This document shows, one piece after another, positions 1-9,923 of a DNA stretch of 64,000 nucleotides. The position numbers were made by a program, and so were the translations under genes. Within the stretch, counting starts at the first letter, position 1, and every line of letters starts with the position of its first letter. The stretch is from a virus (lineage: Duplodnaviria > Caudoviricetes): IMG/VR virus record IMGVR_UViG_2856153290_000001, positions 8,663 through 72,662 of that record; one strand, 5' to 3'. Below the pieces are notes generated by a model that was not told the origin of the DNA, did no database searches, and was given only the letters and a program-made list of their open reading frames with translations.

Positions 1-1536
1 GGGTACCGCGTTGCCGATGCGTTCACGCCAGGCGCTGTCGTTCAGCCCTTCCAGCTCCAGGTGCTCACAGGGGTCGACGAGCCCCTGCAAGGCGGCGAGC
101 TCGAGCGTCGTAAACGGCCGGTGCCAGCAGTCGTCCAGTGACCGGATCACGGCCACCAGCTTGTCGTTGGGCTCGGGCAGGCGTGGGTCGGCCACCGACC
201 AACTGCCGTTGTCGTGGCCCGCGGATGCCGAGACGGCGCCGCATGGGGCCTGCCAGGGCACGACGCCGTAGTGTCCGGCGGTAAGGTAGTGGTCGCCCTT
301 GCCGCGGCTCAGGCCTGGCCGTGGGTCGGCGACGGCATAGGCTCCCTGTCCGGTAGTGCTGCCCGATATGACGGTTCCGCTGTGCTCGTCCCAGCGGGTG
401 ACCATGTACTTGCCGAATGACGGCCCGGTGCGGCGAGGGTCCGCGACGGCGAAAGCACCTTGCCCGGGTGACTTCTGCCCGGTGATTGCGCCAGTGGGGC
501 CGTCCCAGCGGCGGACGCCGTAGGCCTGGCCGTCCTTCCACTTGGCTGACTGATTGAAGCGAGGGTCTGCTACGGAGAACTTGCCGTTCCCCGGGCGACT
601 GGCGCCGGCCACAGTGCCGGCCGCTTCTCGCCAGTCGTGCACGCCCAGGTAGCCGTTGTTACGTCCCTCGGGTACCAGCAGGTAGTCCTTGAGGAAGCCG
701 TCTTCGACTGCCAGCCGGTTCAGCGACCGCCAGTCGCTGCCAGCCTCCACGAAGGCGAGCCTGACCCACGTCTTCCATTGCAGGCGCGGGATGCGGTGCA
801 TGGCGCCGGCCATCTCGTCGCCGGGCAACGGCATGTCGCCCAGCACGTCGCCTACGGCTCGCAGCGGGCGGCGAACCGGTTCATAGAGGAAGGGCGGCAC
901 CTTCTCGGCGTGCCTGGCCACCAGCAGGAAGCGCTTGCGGGATTGGGCGAGGTGCCCGATCTCGCCGCAATCATGCGTGGTCTCCGCGACGTGGTAGCCG
1001 TAGTGCTCGAGCATGGTCACGATGCGATCGAGGAGAGGTCGGCCCCGGTTGGCGATGCGAGGGACGTTCTCGAAGATGATCAGCTCCGGCGGGTCGTCAG
1101 CGAATGCCTCCATGGTCAGCCACATGCCGCGAAGCGTCAGGCGGTTGAGCGCCTGGTACCGGGGCGTGGTGCTGCGCGACTGTGACAGCAGGCCGCTGAA
1201 GCCCTTGCAGGGCGCGCTCAGGAAGACGATGTTCGGCGTCTCGCCGCCGGCTGCCGCCTGAATGTCGGCGGGCGTGGCCTCGCGCCAGTCCGCTGGCGGC
1301 TCCTCGCCATGGAAGTCTCGGTACTGGTCACGGTCGAACAGGTCGAGTGCGGTACCGGGCGCGCCGGACAGGCGCTGGAAGTCGGCGATGGCGCCAGGGT
1401 CGACGTCGATTCCGCCGATGCAGCGGAAGCGCGCCTCCATGTTGCCGACGCGCGCGTTCCCGCGATTGAAGCCCTTGGCTCCGCCTCCCAGCCCGCAGAA
1501 CAGGTGGAAGTGCCGAATCTCGCGCTGCTCAATCAT
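1..1536 (-). CDS. DNA (cytosine-5)-methyltransferase, 3' end truncated by the window edge
   Basis: Manual translation from the CAT at 1534-1536 gives motif I LFCGLGGG, motif IV SAPCKGFS, motif VI FENVP, motif VIII QSRKRFLLVA and motif X RIGNAVP at positions 1-21. Absent from the ORF track because no stop lies in the window. Confidence 0.92.
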   Translation of the reverse strand, partial: MIEQREIRHFHLFCGLGGGAKGFNRGNARVGNMEARFRCIGGIDVDPGAIADFQRLSGAPGTALDLFDRDQYRDFHGEEPPADWREATPADIQAAAGGETPNIVFLSAPCKGFSGLLSQSRSTTPRYQALNRLTLRGMWLTMEAFADDPPELIIFENVPRIANRGRPLLDRIVTMLEHYGYHVAETTHDCGEIGHLAQSRKRFLLVARHAEKVPPFLYEPVRRPLRAVGDVLGDMPLPGDEMAGAMHRIPRLQWKTWVRLAFVEAGSDWRSLNRLAVEDGFLKDYLLVPEGRNNGYLGVHDWREAAGTVAGASRPGNGKFSVADPRFNQSAKWKDGQAYGVRRWDGPTGAITGQKSPGQGAFAVADPRRTGPSFGKYMVTRWDEHSGTVISGSTTGQGAYAVADPRPGLSRGKGDHYLTAGHYGVVPWQAPCGAVSASAGHDNGSWSVADPRLPEPNDKLVAVIRSLDDCWHRPFTTLELAALQGLVDPCEHLELEGLNDSAWRERIGNAVP

Positions 1537-1732
1537 GCCTGCCGCCCTCCAGGTTGGCCTTGATCCACTCCAGTTCGCCGGCATGGCCAGCGTCCTGAAG
1601 CACGACGCGCCCCTTGGGGTCGCGGATGATGCGGTGATGGCCGCCGCTCCCGCGACGCGGGATGCGCTCGACCTGGTAGCCGTGCTTGGCCCACAGCCCA
1701 TTGGGGCTCTCGGGGTGCGGCTGACCGGTCAT
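1529..1732 (-). CDS. Small hypothetical phage protein (MTGQPHPES...)
   Basis: 3' part of ORF 1529..2191. Overlaps the MTase start, as coupled early genes typically do. Confidence 0.5.
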   Translation of the reverse strand: MTGQPHPESPNGLWAKHGYQVERIPRRGSGGHHRIIRDPKGRVVLQDAGHAGELEWIKANLEGGRHD

Positions 1733-2034
1733 GACAGCCAGGCCTCGAGCTGCTGGGCGGCGAGGGCGCTGGCTTGGGCGGCCCGGTGCCAGGCCTCGAA
1801 AACGGTGTCGATGTCGTGCATGTCGGTCTCCTCGAGCATGAAAAAGGCCACCTCGGTGGGGTGGCCTGTCAGAAGTGGTTGAGCCGCCTGGCGCGTCGTC
1901 GCGCGCGGCGCTTGGCGGCGTGCCGGCGCTGTCGTCGTACGCTGCCGTGCGGGGCGCCTCGTGGCGAGGTATCGGGATGCCGGCCCATGTCCGGGCCTTG
2001 GTGCCGAGCATGGCGGCGATGCTGGTCAGTAGGT

Positions 2035-3165
2035 TCATTGGCGCGCCCTCGGGTAGTCGTCGTGTTGCTGACCGTCGAGCAGGCGGCCAGCAGACTTCTT
2101 CCCGGCCCAGCCCATCACGGTGCCGTCGTCGAAGATGTGCTTCTCGCCACGGACGCTCACGCCCTCGGCCTGGCCCAACATGGGGATCCACTCACCCCAC
2201 TGCTTGAACAGGAACGGCACCTCAGCACCGGCGCATTGATCGCGAATGACCCGAGCCCAATCCGGGTGCATCGGGCGCGCTTTCTTGCCGGACTCGCCGC
2301 CGACCACTACCCAATCCAGCCGCTCAAGCATGTTCACGTGGATGGCGGGGTTTTTGAAAGGAATCCACATCCCCGCGAAGCACACCGGCCCCAGTAGCGG
2401 CTCCATGCTCAGCCATCGGACGGCGGCCGGCGTCTCGAGCAGCAGCGGTATCCGCTCCTCAGCCGTGGCTTGGTCCTCAACGCTTACGCCGAGCCAGACG
2501 TTATCGAGAGGCCAGCTTCGCCAGTGTCTCTCGCCAAGATGCTGCAGGTGGTGATAGCGGGACTGGCCGTCCATGTGCGGGCTGATGATCGGTGTCGCTA
2601 TGTCGTACAGCCCGCGCACCATCTCCACGGGAGGCCGTGGCTCATCCAGAGACGCCTTCCCTTGGTCGCGAAGCGCCTGCCGTGCCTCGACGCCACCCCG
2701 GTACCGGTTAGAGCTCATGTAGCGCTCATTGGCCCCCTTGGCTTGCTGGGCCAGCCAGGCGAAGAACTCCAGCATCCTCTGGGGACGCTTGGTCAGCACC
2801 TGGTAGGTGTGGTGGGGCGTGCTGGCCATGACGCCGAACACGGCGGCCACGAACTCGAACGGCACGCTCTCGTGGAACAGGTCGCTCATGCTGTTCACGA
2901 ATATCTTGCGTGGCTTGGTCCAGCGAATCGGCTGCGTGAGCAGCCCGGGAAGCATCCGAATGGCGCCGTTCCACTGGCCGCCTTTGGCGAGCAGCCCGTC
3001 GTAGGCGCCCTTCCCCTCGGGGACGCCGCGACCGCGATCCATGGCGATGATCCGCGCCGCCTGGCTTTCGGCATAACAGTGCCGGCAGCCCTCGGAGACA
3101 CGAGAACACCCACGAATAGGGTTCCAGGTGGCATCGGTCCACTCAATTTGCGTCTTGTCGCTCAT
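2035..3165 (-). CDS. Phage Gp37/Gp68 (DUF5131) family protein
   Basis: IEWTDATWNPIRGCSRVSEGCRHCYAE (CxxxxxxCxxC), FVNSMSDLFHE, YQVLTKRP, NVWLGVSVEDQ, DWVVVGGESG, FLFKQWG. Confidence 0.9.
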   Translation of the reverse strand: MSDKTQIEWTDATWNPIRGCSRVSEGCRHCYAESQAARIIAMDRGRGVPEGKGAYDGLLAKGGQWNGAIRMLPGLLTQPIRWTKPRKIFVNSMSDLFHESVPFEFVAAVFGVMASTPHHTYQVLTKRPQRMLEFFAWLAQQAKGANERYMSSNRYRGGVEARQALRDQGKASLDEPRPPVEMVRGLYDIATPIISPHMDGQSRYHHLQHLGERHWRSWPLDNVWLGVSVEDQATAEERIPLLLETPAAVRWLSMEPLLGPVCFAGMWIPFKNPAIHVNMLERLDWVVVGGESGKKARPMHPDWARVIRDQCAGAEVPFLFKQWGEWIPMLGQAEGVSVRGEKHIFDDGTVMGWAGKKSAGRLLDGQQHDDYPRARQ

Positions 3166-3881
3166 GCCACCAGCCTCCCGCCCGGTACCACGCGAACCCT
3201 CGGCTTGGCCCTGGCCTGCATCCAGTCCTTGGTGTACGCGACCGGGTCGGCATGAATGTTCATGATCACCCCTGCCGCCTCAACGTGGTTTGTGATGGGC
3301 AAGACGAGGATTTTTCGGCTCCGCCTCCCTGCTTCAGGCAGCTCGCAGCGCAGCTCCACGCCTTCCCGGTCGTCGCGCTCCATTCCTGCCATGGCCGAGA
3401 AAGAGTCGCTGAACATGCCGACGTAGTGAGCGTTGAGGCTGAAGCTCGACGCACTGCCAACGTCCGGCGCCGCCTGCTCGGGGAAGACGCTCGCAATGTT
3501 CAACGGGTCGCACTTGATCAACCGGGCCTTGCCGGCAGTCAGGCAGGTATCCAGCAGAGACTCGCCAGCGTTTTGAGGCTTCCGATCAAAGATCACAGCC
3601 AGGCCTGCGTCGGTGAGGTAGAAGCGGCTGCGCGGATGCGCTACCGACGCCTCGACAAGCTTGGCCTCAGGGGCGAAGACGATGGGGTTGTTGCCGACCA
3701 TTCGGCCCTGGGGGTCGCGCGCGATGATGGCGACATGGCCATTGGACGCGGCCAGCAGCACACCGCCCTTGGCGGCCGGGATGGCCTGCATTCCGATCAG
3801 CTTCTCTTGCACGCCGTCCTGGTCAGCGAAGCGCATGATCGGCTCCAGGAAGCACGCACTGAACTCGACAATGGTTTTCAT
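3162..3881 (-). CDS. Hypothetical protein with a weak beta-sliding-clamp-like segment
   Basis: Start CAT at 3879-3881 after GGAGG. The segment LIGMQAIPAAKGGVLLAASNGHVAII resembles DnaN domain II (LNGV...VATDGHRL). Confidence 0.5.
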   Translation of the reverse strand: MKTIVEFSACFLEPIMRFADQDGVQEKLIGMQAIPAAKGGVLLAASNGHVAIIARDPQGRMVGNNPIVFAPEAKLVEASVAHPRSRFYLTDAGLAVIFDRKPQNAGESLLDTCLTAGKARLIKCDPLNIASVFPEQAAPDVGSASSFSLNAHYVGMFSDSFSAMAGMERDDREGVELRCELPEAGRRSRKILVLPITNHVEAAGVIMNIHADPVAYTKDWMQARAKPRVRVVPGGRLVA

Positions 3882-4126
3882 GCCGCCTCCTTCGTGGCGC
3901 TTGGATGCCCGGCGCACGAGCCGTCGGGGTTCTTGTTGTCGCACTTGCCGGCAGCCAAGACAGTCATGCCCATCAGCTGCATCTCTCGCAGCTCGGCGCG
4001 TGCTGCCTGCACGCCGTCCGGGTGGGTGACTATCTCGCCGAGCTTCTTGTCGCTGTAGCTCAGCAGGACGTGAAGCGGGATGTGGATGTGGTAGGTAGTC
4101 GGGCCGTCGTGGCTGAGCTTGCTCAT
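3878..4126 (-). CDS. Hypothetical phage protein (82 aa)
   Basis: ORF with GGAGG RBS and 4-bp overlaps with both neighbours. Confidence 0.65.
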   Translation of the reverse strand: MSKLSHDGPTTYHIHIPLHVLLSYSDKKLGEIVTHPDGVQAARAELREMQLMGMTVLAAGKCDNKNPDGSCAGHPSATKEAA

Positions 4127-4413
4127 GCCGCCTCCTGGTCGCTATCAAGCTTGGCTGCCTTGCCGCAGAAGGGGCAGAAGTTGGCGGTGATGAAGGTGTC
4201 GACCTTCTGCCGCTTGAAGCCATCGCCGTTTTTCTTCGGTACCCAGGTCTCGCCCTGGTAGCTGATCATGAACGGCGACATCAGTCGGTTGCCGGCCATG
4301 GCGAAGCCGTAGCCCTTGAGCTTGGCATCGAAGTCTTTGAAGCCTTCGGGCAGCTTCGCCTTGACGTGCTCGGCCATCTTCTCGGCGACCTTCGTTTGGC
4401 AATCGCACTGCAT
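4123..4413 (-). CDS. Hypothetical Cys-motif protein (MQCDC...NFCPFCG)
   Basis: GGAGG RBS, N-terminal CxC and C-terminal CPFCG. A common small phage protein type. Confidence 0.7.
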   Translation of the reverse strand: MQCDCQTKVAEKMAEHVKAKLPEGFKDFDAKLKGYGFAMAGNRLMSPFMISYQGETWVPKKNGDGFKRQKVDTFITANFCPFCGKAAKLDSDQEAA

Positions 4414-4487
4414 GCGAACCTCCAGAATCAGGAAGCCCCGCGGCATGGCGGGGCAGGGTGGTTGAGCCCCGCGGGAGCGGGGAACGG

Positions 4488-5579
4488 TCAGGCCGCCTTG
4501 GCTTGATCGGCGTCGAGCGGGACGATCCGGCTCAGGTCGTCCTCCATGCTGCCGTCGGCGGGGCGGAAGCGGCCCAGCTCTTTCCAGGTGAACTTGCCGG
4601 CCTCGATAGGGTTGCTGGTGTACCCGCTGGCACCGGCGCGGTGGTAGGCGCCATGACCCTTGTGCCAAATCATGTAGAGCGGCTCGTCGGCCGGAAACAG
4701 GATACCTTTCAGGGTTTCGGCTCGCCGGAAGTCCATCGCCTTGATGGCCTTCGCCAGCTCCTGCTCGAGACGTCTGCGCCGCCGGCCGTCGTTGCGCTTG
4801 CGGCGCAGGTCCCCCGGGGAGTCGAGATAGATGGCGCCGCTGTGAAGGTTGAGCACCCCGTACTTGCCGGTGACCACCCACCACATGTTGTTGAGGTTGT
4901 AGTAGGCGGTGCCGACCACCATCCGGTCGTCGTAGCCGATCGCGTAGACGCGCGCGCCATGGGTGATGGTGCCACCGTCGGCGGACCTGGCATTGCACGC
5001 CATGCCGATGCGGGCATGGCCCAGCTCCGCGACGTAGTGGCCGCTGGAGCGATTGGCTTGCTCGACCCATTCCAGGGCGGTGAGCGCGCCCGGCCCGCGT
5101 TCAGCATGACGCCCATCGCGCATCTTGTCGTTGAACTCGTACCCGGTGAAGACGTTGCACAGGTAGGCGCGCAGCCGGCGGCGAGTGCGCTCCATTTCCA
5201 GCCACAACAGGTAGGGCATGCGCTTCTCTTTGTCGAAGTCATAGCGGCCGCCGTTGGGATTCTCGACGTTGGCCACGTTCTGCCACATTTCGAGCTTGAT
5301 GCACCTGCCGGTGACTTCGAGCCGACCCTGTAGGTCGCCTTTTTGGCAGTAGCGGTAGCCTTCGGCGAAGCTGCGACTGTACTGCTCGATCATGTCGGCG
5401 GGCACCTCGGTCTTCCAGCCCAGGCGCCGCAGCTGCTGAGCCATTCGCAGAAAGACGTCTTTCTTGAACTGGCGCTCCCACTCCCGCCACTGCAATGCGT
5501 CGCGGCGCTCTGGGTCTTCCCAGACATTCAGGCTGGCATCGCCGAAGCTCACGGTGCCGTTTCGATCAATCGTTGGCAT
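4488..5579 (-). CDS. Conserved hypothetical phage protein (363 aa)
   Basis: Strong GAGGAGG RBS and typical codon usage. Followed by a hairpin at about 4435-4454. Confidence 0.75.
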   Translation of the reverse strand: MPTIDRNGTVSFGDASLNVWEDPERRDALQWREWERQFKKDVFLRMAQQLRRLGWKTEVPADMIEQYSRSFAEGYRYCQKGDLQGRLEVTGRCIKLEMWQNVANVENPNGGRYDFDKEKRMPYLLWLEMERTRRRLRAYLCNVFTGYEFNDKMRDGRHAERGPGALTALEWVEQANRSSGHYVAELGHARIGMACNARSADGGTITHGARVYAIGYDDRMVVGTAYYNLNNMWWVVTGKYGVLNLHSGAIYLDSPGDLRRKRNDGRRRRRLEQELAKAIKAMDFRRAETLKGILFPADEPLYMIWHKGHGAYHRAGASGYTSNPIEAGKFTWKELGRFRPADGSMEDDLSRIVPLDADQAKAA

Positions 5580-5596
5580 GTTGCCTCCTCATGGCC

Positions 5597-6136
5597 CTAG
5601 CCCCCGGCGATATTCGGGAAGCGGGCGAACGGGATCTCGTCGTTGAAGTCGTCGAAGCCGCCACCGCCTTGCGGGGCCTGGCTGGGCGGTGGCGCGCCGT
5701 AACCGGGCGGCTGGCTCTGTGGCGGCCGGCGCTGCTCGCCATAGCCTTGCGGTGAGCTGTAGCCGCGGTCATGTCCGCCGGACTGCTGGCCCTGCTCGCC
5801 GCGGGAGTCGAGCATCTGCACGTCGTTGGCGACGATTTCCGTGCTGTAGCGGTCCTGGCCGTCCTGCCCCTGCCACTTGCGGGTCTGAAGCCGCCCCTCG
5901 ATGTAGACCTTGGAGCCCTTGCGCAGGTACTGCTGGGCGATCTCGGCCAACTTGTTGAACAGCACGACGCTATGCCACTCGGTGCGCTCCTGGCGCTGCC
6001 CGCTCTGGCGGTCGGTCCAGCTGTCGGTGGTGGTCAGCCTCAGATTGGCAACCGGGTTGCCGGACGGCATGTAGCGCGTCTCCGGATCCTGCCCCAGGTG
6101 GCCGATGAGGATGACCTTGTTCACTCCGCGTGCCAT
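5597..6136 (-). CDS. ssb: Single-stranded DNA-binding protein
   Basis: [48 protein letters not shown] and an acidic DDFNDEIPF tail. Confidence 0.97.
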   Translation of the reverse strand: MARGVNKVILIGHLGQDPETRYMPSGNPVANLRLTTTDSWTDRQSGQRQERTEWHSVVLFNKLAEIAQQYLRKGSKVYIEGRLQTRKWQGQDGQDRYSTEIVANDVQMLDSRGEQGQQSGGHDRGYSSPQGYGEQRRPPQSQPPGYGAPPPSQAPQGGGGFDDFNDEIPFARFPNIAGG

Positions 6137-6181
6137 GGCGGTTCCTTGTAGGCGGGCGGCCGCGTGGGCCGCCCTGGTGAG

Positions 6182-7195
6182 TTACTGCGCGCTGGTCTTC
6201 AGTTCGGCCAGGCGCGCCTTGTAGGCCTCGTTGACCACCCCGTGGTCGGACTCCGGCACGTGGCGAGCCAGGTCGATGGCCTCGGCCATCTCGTCCCGGG
6301 TGGTGGCCTTCTTGATCTGCTCGCAGACGTAGGCGCAGGTGATCTCACCGCCGGGGCCGGCGCCCTCCGACGAGGGGGCGTCCGCCTTGGTCTCGGCCGT
6401 GGTCTCGTAGACCTCTTGCGCCTGGCGGCGCTGCTGGGACTTCTGGCGGCGCTGGGCCAGCTTGTCGCCGACCCGGCTGGCGGTACCGGCACGCTGCTGC
6501 TGGCCGCCGTTGGCGGGTGCCTGCTGGACAGGCTGTCCGGCCTCGGGGGTGATGTCACGCTCCTCCTCGGCCATGCGGATGCCCTTCAGCTCGGGGGTGA
6601 AGGTGTCGCGCAGCGCGAAGCCGCGGGCGCGCATTTGCAGCATCCGCTTCGGGTACTGCTGCCAGGGGCCTTGCTTGCCCAGCAGCCCGGCGTCCTTGGC
6701 GTCGGCCATGCTGAAGGTGTAGTGGGCGACGTTGCCGTTCGGCCGGCGACGCACGGTGCAGTGCGCGACCATCTGGGCGCCTTCGCCCTCGATCCACTCG
6801 GCGAAGTCGGCCTCCGACCAGGCCGGCGCCGCGCGGCAGATGGCCAGCATCATGTCGCCCCAGATGGTGGGCCGACCGTTGATCACCGCGATGTTCTGGA
6901 TGGCCTGAAGCGGGCTGGTGATGCCGAGCTCGACGCCGGTCTGCCAGGCGATCATCACGTTGCCGGGCTTGCCCTTGTAGTCCTTCGGCGCCAGGTCGCT
7001 CTGGGCGATCATGTCGGACATGCGCCACACGTCGTCGAAGGTGCGCGGCGTCATGGCCTGCATGAACTGGTTGCGCACCTCGTTGGTGGCCAGCTCGACG
7101 CCGCTGGCGGTACCGGTTTCCGTCGGGGCGTGGAACTCAGGCTCTTGCAGGTTCTGCTGCTGGACGGCCTCGGCGGTCTGGGTGTCGGTGGTCAT
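6182..7195 (-). CDS. RecT/Redbeta-like single-strand annealing protein
   Basis: GVELGITSPLQAIQNIAVINGRPTIWG and WQQYPKRMLQMRARGFALRDTF. Lies between the exonuclease and ssb. Confidence 0.85.
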   Translation of the reverse strand: MTTDTQTAEAVQQQNLQEPEFHAPTETGTASGVELATNEVRNQFMQAMTPRTFDDVWRMSDMIAQSDLAPKDYKGKPGNVMIAWQTGVELGITSPLQAIQNIAVINGRPTIWGDMMLAICRAAPAWSEADFAEWIEGEGAQMVAHCTVRRRPNGNVAHYTFSMADAKDAGLLGKQGPWQQYPKRMLQMRARGFALRDTFTPELKGIRMAEEERDITPEAGQPVQQAPANGGQQQRAGTASRVGDKLAQRRQKSQQRRQAQEVYETTAETKADAPSSEGAGPGGEITCAYVCEQIKKATTRDEMAEAIDLARHVPESDHGVVNEAYKARLAELKTSAQ

Positions 7196-7485
7196 GATTC
7201 GCTCCTTTTGACGTAGCCACGGATGAGGGCTTCGCGCTCGAACTCCTCATCGGGCGTGCGCATGGCGTAGAGAGGGGTGCCGAGACGGCGGTGGGTGAGC
7301 TGGGCCACATGGCCCAGCATCTCGTCCCAGGCGAGACGGTCGACGCGGCGGTCGCCTTCGATCACGTCGAAGTGCCCGTCGCTGTACTGCTGGATGATGA
7401 AGGTCCGCGCAAGCTCGCGGGGCGACAGGCGAGGCGGCTCGGCGGGTGCCGGCCGCCGCTTGGGGATGACGGTGATCTCGCCCAT
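7192..7485 (-). CDS. Hypothetical protein
   Basis: ORF coupled between the YqaJ and RecT genes. Confidence 0.6.
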   Translation of the reverse strand: MGEITVIPKRRPAPAEPPRLSPRELARTFIIQQYSDGHFDVIEGDRRVDRLAWDEMLGHVAQLTHRRLGTPLYAMRTPDEEFEREALIRGYVKRSES

Positions 7486-7486
7486 G

Positions 7487-8578
7487 TCAGGCCGCCTTCT
7501 CGTCTTGGGCGGCGCTCTCCTCTAGCTGCTCGAGCTCCGCCTTGTTGAGCTTGGCGACGCGGCAGTCGATGTAGCTGGTGGGCGCCACCTCGTAGCCGGC
7601 CCGCTTCACTTCCTTGCGGCGGTAGCAGGTGCCGTCGGGGAAGGCGGCCACGGCGGCGCTGCCCATTGCCTTCAGGATTCGCGCGCGGGCCGTCTTCGCC
7701 GTGGTCTCCAGGGCCTTGATTTCGGACTTGGCGTCCTCCTCGACCTTCTTCCAGTGCTCGAGCTCGGCCATTGCCACCACGCGGCCGTCGGTACCCGGAT
7801 AGAGGCGCTTGAGCAGGTCGAGCGCCTTCGGGTGCTCGACATCGATGTCCGGCAGCTCGCCGCGCTGAATGGCGGCCCACAGGTCGCCTTCCAGGGCGAT
7901 CAGGTCATCGATCAGCTCGTCGTCGCGCAGGATCGGGTACCAGCGGGTCTCCCAGCCGGCGATGGTCACCACCAGGAAGCCCCACTCGTAGCCGGTGACG
8001 GCCAGCTGCTGCTGCACCTGAATGAAGTAGTCTTCCGGCACCTCGCCACTGGTGCACAGCCCGCCGGTGGTGTGCACGTTGTCCGGCTTGCCCCAGCCCT
8101 GCGCGAACTCGACGTTCTTGAGCTCAGCCACGCCGGGGCCCTTCACGGTCTGGCCCATGACCAGCTCGAGCCAGGCGGCCTGTGCGTCGGTGACGCCGAC
8201 GATGCGGCGGTCGATGTTGGCCAGCATGAACGGGTGCTCGGGGTGGGCCAGCATGAAGTTGTAGTTCTGCACGTTGAGCCCGGTGAACTCGGCGAAGCGG
8301 GCGGCGGTCACCGGCTCCATGACGTGGCCCATGGCCATCTTCATCTTGCGGCGGTAGTTGGCGTCGGCGTCGTCGCTGACCAGGCCCAGCTTGCGCTCGG
8401 CGATCTCGAACGGCGTGCGGTGCTCGCTGGCCCCGACGGCTGCTGCGGCCTCGCTGGCCCCGATACCGAGCCCGCGCAGCGACAGCCAGACGTCTTCCGG
8501 CATGCCGAGCGTGGCGACGCGATGGGTTTCGATCAGCTGCTGACGGGCGTCTTCGATGGTGATGGTGTTGGCGGTCAT
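7487..8578 (-). CDS. YqaJ/lambda-exonuclease family recombinase nuclease
   Basis: WLSLRGLGIGASEAAA, GHVMEP, HPEHPFMLANIDR, AELKN, YFIQVQQQLAVTG. Confidence 0.92.
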   Translation of the reverse strand: MTANTITIEDARQQLIETHRVATLGMPEDVWLSLRGLGIGASEAAAAVGASEHRTPFEIAERKLGLVSDDADANYRRKMKMAMGHVMEPVTAARFAEFTGLNVQNYNFMLAHPEHPFMLANIDRRIVGVTDAQAAWLELVMGQTVKGPGVAELKNVEFAQGWGKPDNVHTTGGLCTSGEVPEDYFIQVQQQLAVTGYEWGFLVVTIAGWETRWYPILRDDELIDDLIALEGDLWAAIQRGELPDIDVEHPKALDLLKRLYPGTDGRVVAMAELEHWKKVEEDAKSEIKALETTAKTARARILKAMGSAAVAAFPDGTCYRRKEVKRAGYEVAPTSYIDCRVAKLNKAELEQLEESAAQDEKAA

Positions 8579-8583
8579 GACGA

Positions 8584-9552
8584 TTACTCCGTGATGGACA
8601 AGTAGCGGATGCGGCCGGCCTGAATGGACTCGATGACGGCGTCCGCCTGCGTGGAATACAGGCCGGCATTGCCGATCAGATCGGCACGGATGGCGGCCAG
8701 GCGGCTGTCGGTACCGACGTCGGCGACGACGGTTCGGTCACCGCCTGGCTGCGCGGGGTCGAGGCCGACCTGGTGGCGCGTGCCGGCCTCGGCGGCCGCT
8801 GCCAGTCGGCGGGTGTCGATGGGGCGGCGAGGCTCGGCCACCGGCTCGGTAATATCGGGCTGCTCGGGCTCAGTGCCGGCGGGGGCGGGGATATCCACCG
8901 CCTCAGCCTTGGCCGCTTCCTGCTCGGCCTGCTTGCGCTTCATCTCGGCAAGCTCTTCCTGTGCCTTGGCGGCCTCGATCATGCTGGCCAGTTGCTGCAT
9001 GGCCTGTTGCTTGGCGGCCAGCGCCTCCTGCGCGAACTCGGCGAAGCGGTCTTCACCGATAGGCTGCATGCGCAGGTCGTGGGCGGCGGCTCCGAGCTCG
9101 GCCGCCGACTTGCCGATCAGGTCGGCTGGCGTGCGGCGGATAGCCTCGATATCGCCGCGGATCTTGTCGACGCGCTCACGCTCGCGCCGCTCGGCCTCTT
9201 CCTTCTCGCGCTGCTTGCGCTGCTCCTCGGCCTTGATCTGTTCGTCGATGGGCTCCTCGAGCTTGCGCAGCTCGGCGGTGATGATCTTGGCCTCGTCGTC
9301 GATGTCGCGGCAGCGCTGAAGGGCGGGCGCCTTGATCTCCTTGCGCTTGTTCTCCAGCGAGGTGCGGTAGCCGCGAACGGTTTTTCGGGCCTCCTTGGCG
9401 TCCTTCATGCCCTTGGTGGTCCGGACGTCGTAGACGACGCCGTCGTACTGCTGCCTGAGCTTGGCCAGGGCGGCCGCCGTCGGCTTGTACTCGGCGACCT
9501 GCAGGCGCTGCTCGTCGACAACCTGCTCCGGGCTTTCAGCGGTAGCTGTCAT
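8584..9552 (-). CDS. Coiled-coil phage protein (DUF1351-like neighbourhood)
   Basis: Long E/K/R-rich heptad stretches. Upstream of the recombination genes. Confidence 0.65.
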   Translation of the reverse strand: MTATAESPEQVVDEQRLQVAEYKPTAAALAKLRQQYDGVVYDVRTTKGMKDAKEARKTVRGYRTSLENKRKEIKAPALQRCRDIDDEAKIITAELRKLEEPIDEQIKAEEQRKQREKEEAERRERERVDKIRGDIEAIRRTPADLIGKSAAELGAAAHDLRMQPIGEDRFAEFAQEALAAKQQAMQQLASMIEAAKAQEELAEMKRKQAEQEAAKAEAVDIPAPAGTEPEQPDITEPVAEPRRPIDTRRLAAAAEAGTRHQVGLDPAQPGGDRTVVADVGTDSRLAAIRADLIGNAGLYSTQADAVIESIQAGRIRYLSITE

Positions 9553-9594
9553 GGGGTAATCTCCGTGGTGATTCGTTCGTGCGGATCAGTCTGT

Positions 9595-9629
9595 AGCCCC
9601 TGGCCAGTTCGCCCTGGTCAGGGGTTTTT
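9595..9629. terminator. Intrinsic terminator hairpin
   Basis: AGCCCCTGGCCAG...CTGGTCAGGGGTTTTT directly after ORF 9628..9912. Confidence 0.55.
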
Positions 9630-9912
9630 AGTCTTCAAGCTCTGCAAGGCGCGCCCGGTGCTCGGTGACATCCTTGTTGCGGCTTGTACGCCACTTGATC
9701 TGCAATTCCAGCAGCCGACGTTCGCCGGCCAGAGTGGTTTTGAAGTAGTCTCCCGAGTCGTCCGCAGCCACCTTCTCGATCAGTCGGTTTCCAAGCAGAT
9801 GGCGAACGATATTGGATAGGTCTGTATCACTTGCCTCTCGGTCTGAAACGTGCAGGCCTTGCGCCTGATTGGCGAAATACAAGACTTTTTCTTCGTTGTA
9901 GAGCTTTCCCAT
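9628..9912 (-). CDS. Lower-GC hypothetical protein (94 aa)
   Basis: AAGGAGG RBS and atypical codon usage. Confidence 0.65.
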   Translation of the reverse strand: MGKLYNEEKVLYFANQAQGLHVSDREASDTDLSNIVRHLLGNRLIEKVAADDSGDYFKTTLAGERRLLELQIKWRTSRNKDVTEHRARLAELED

Positions 9913-9923
9913 TGATCCCTCCT

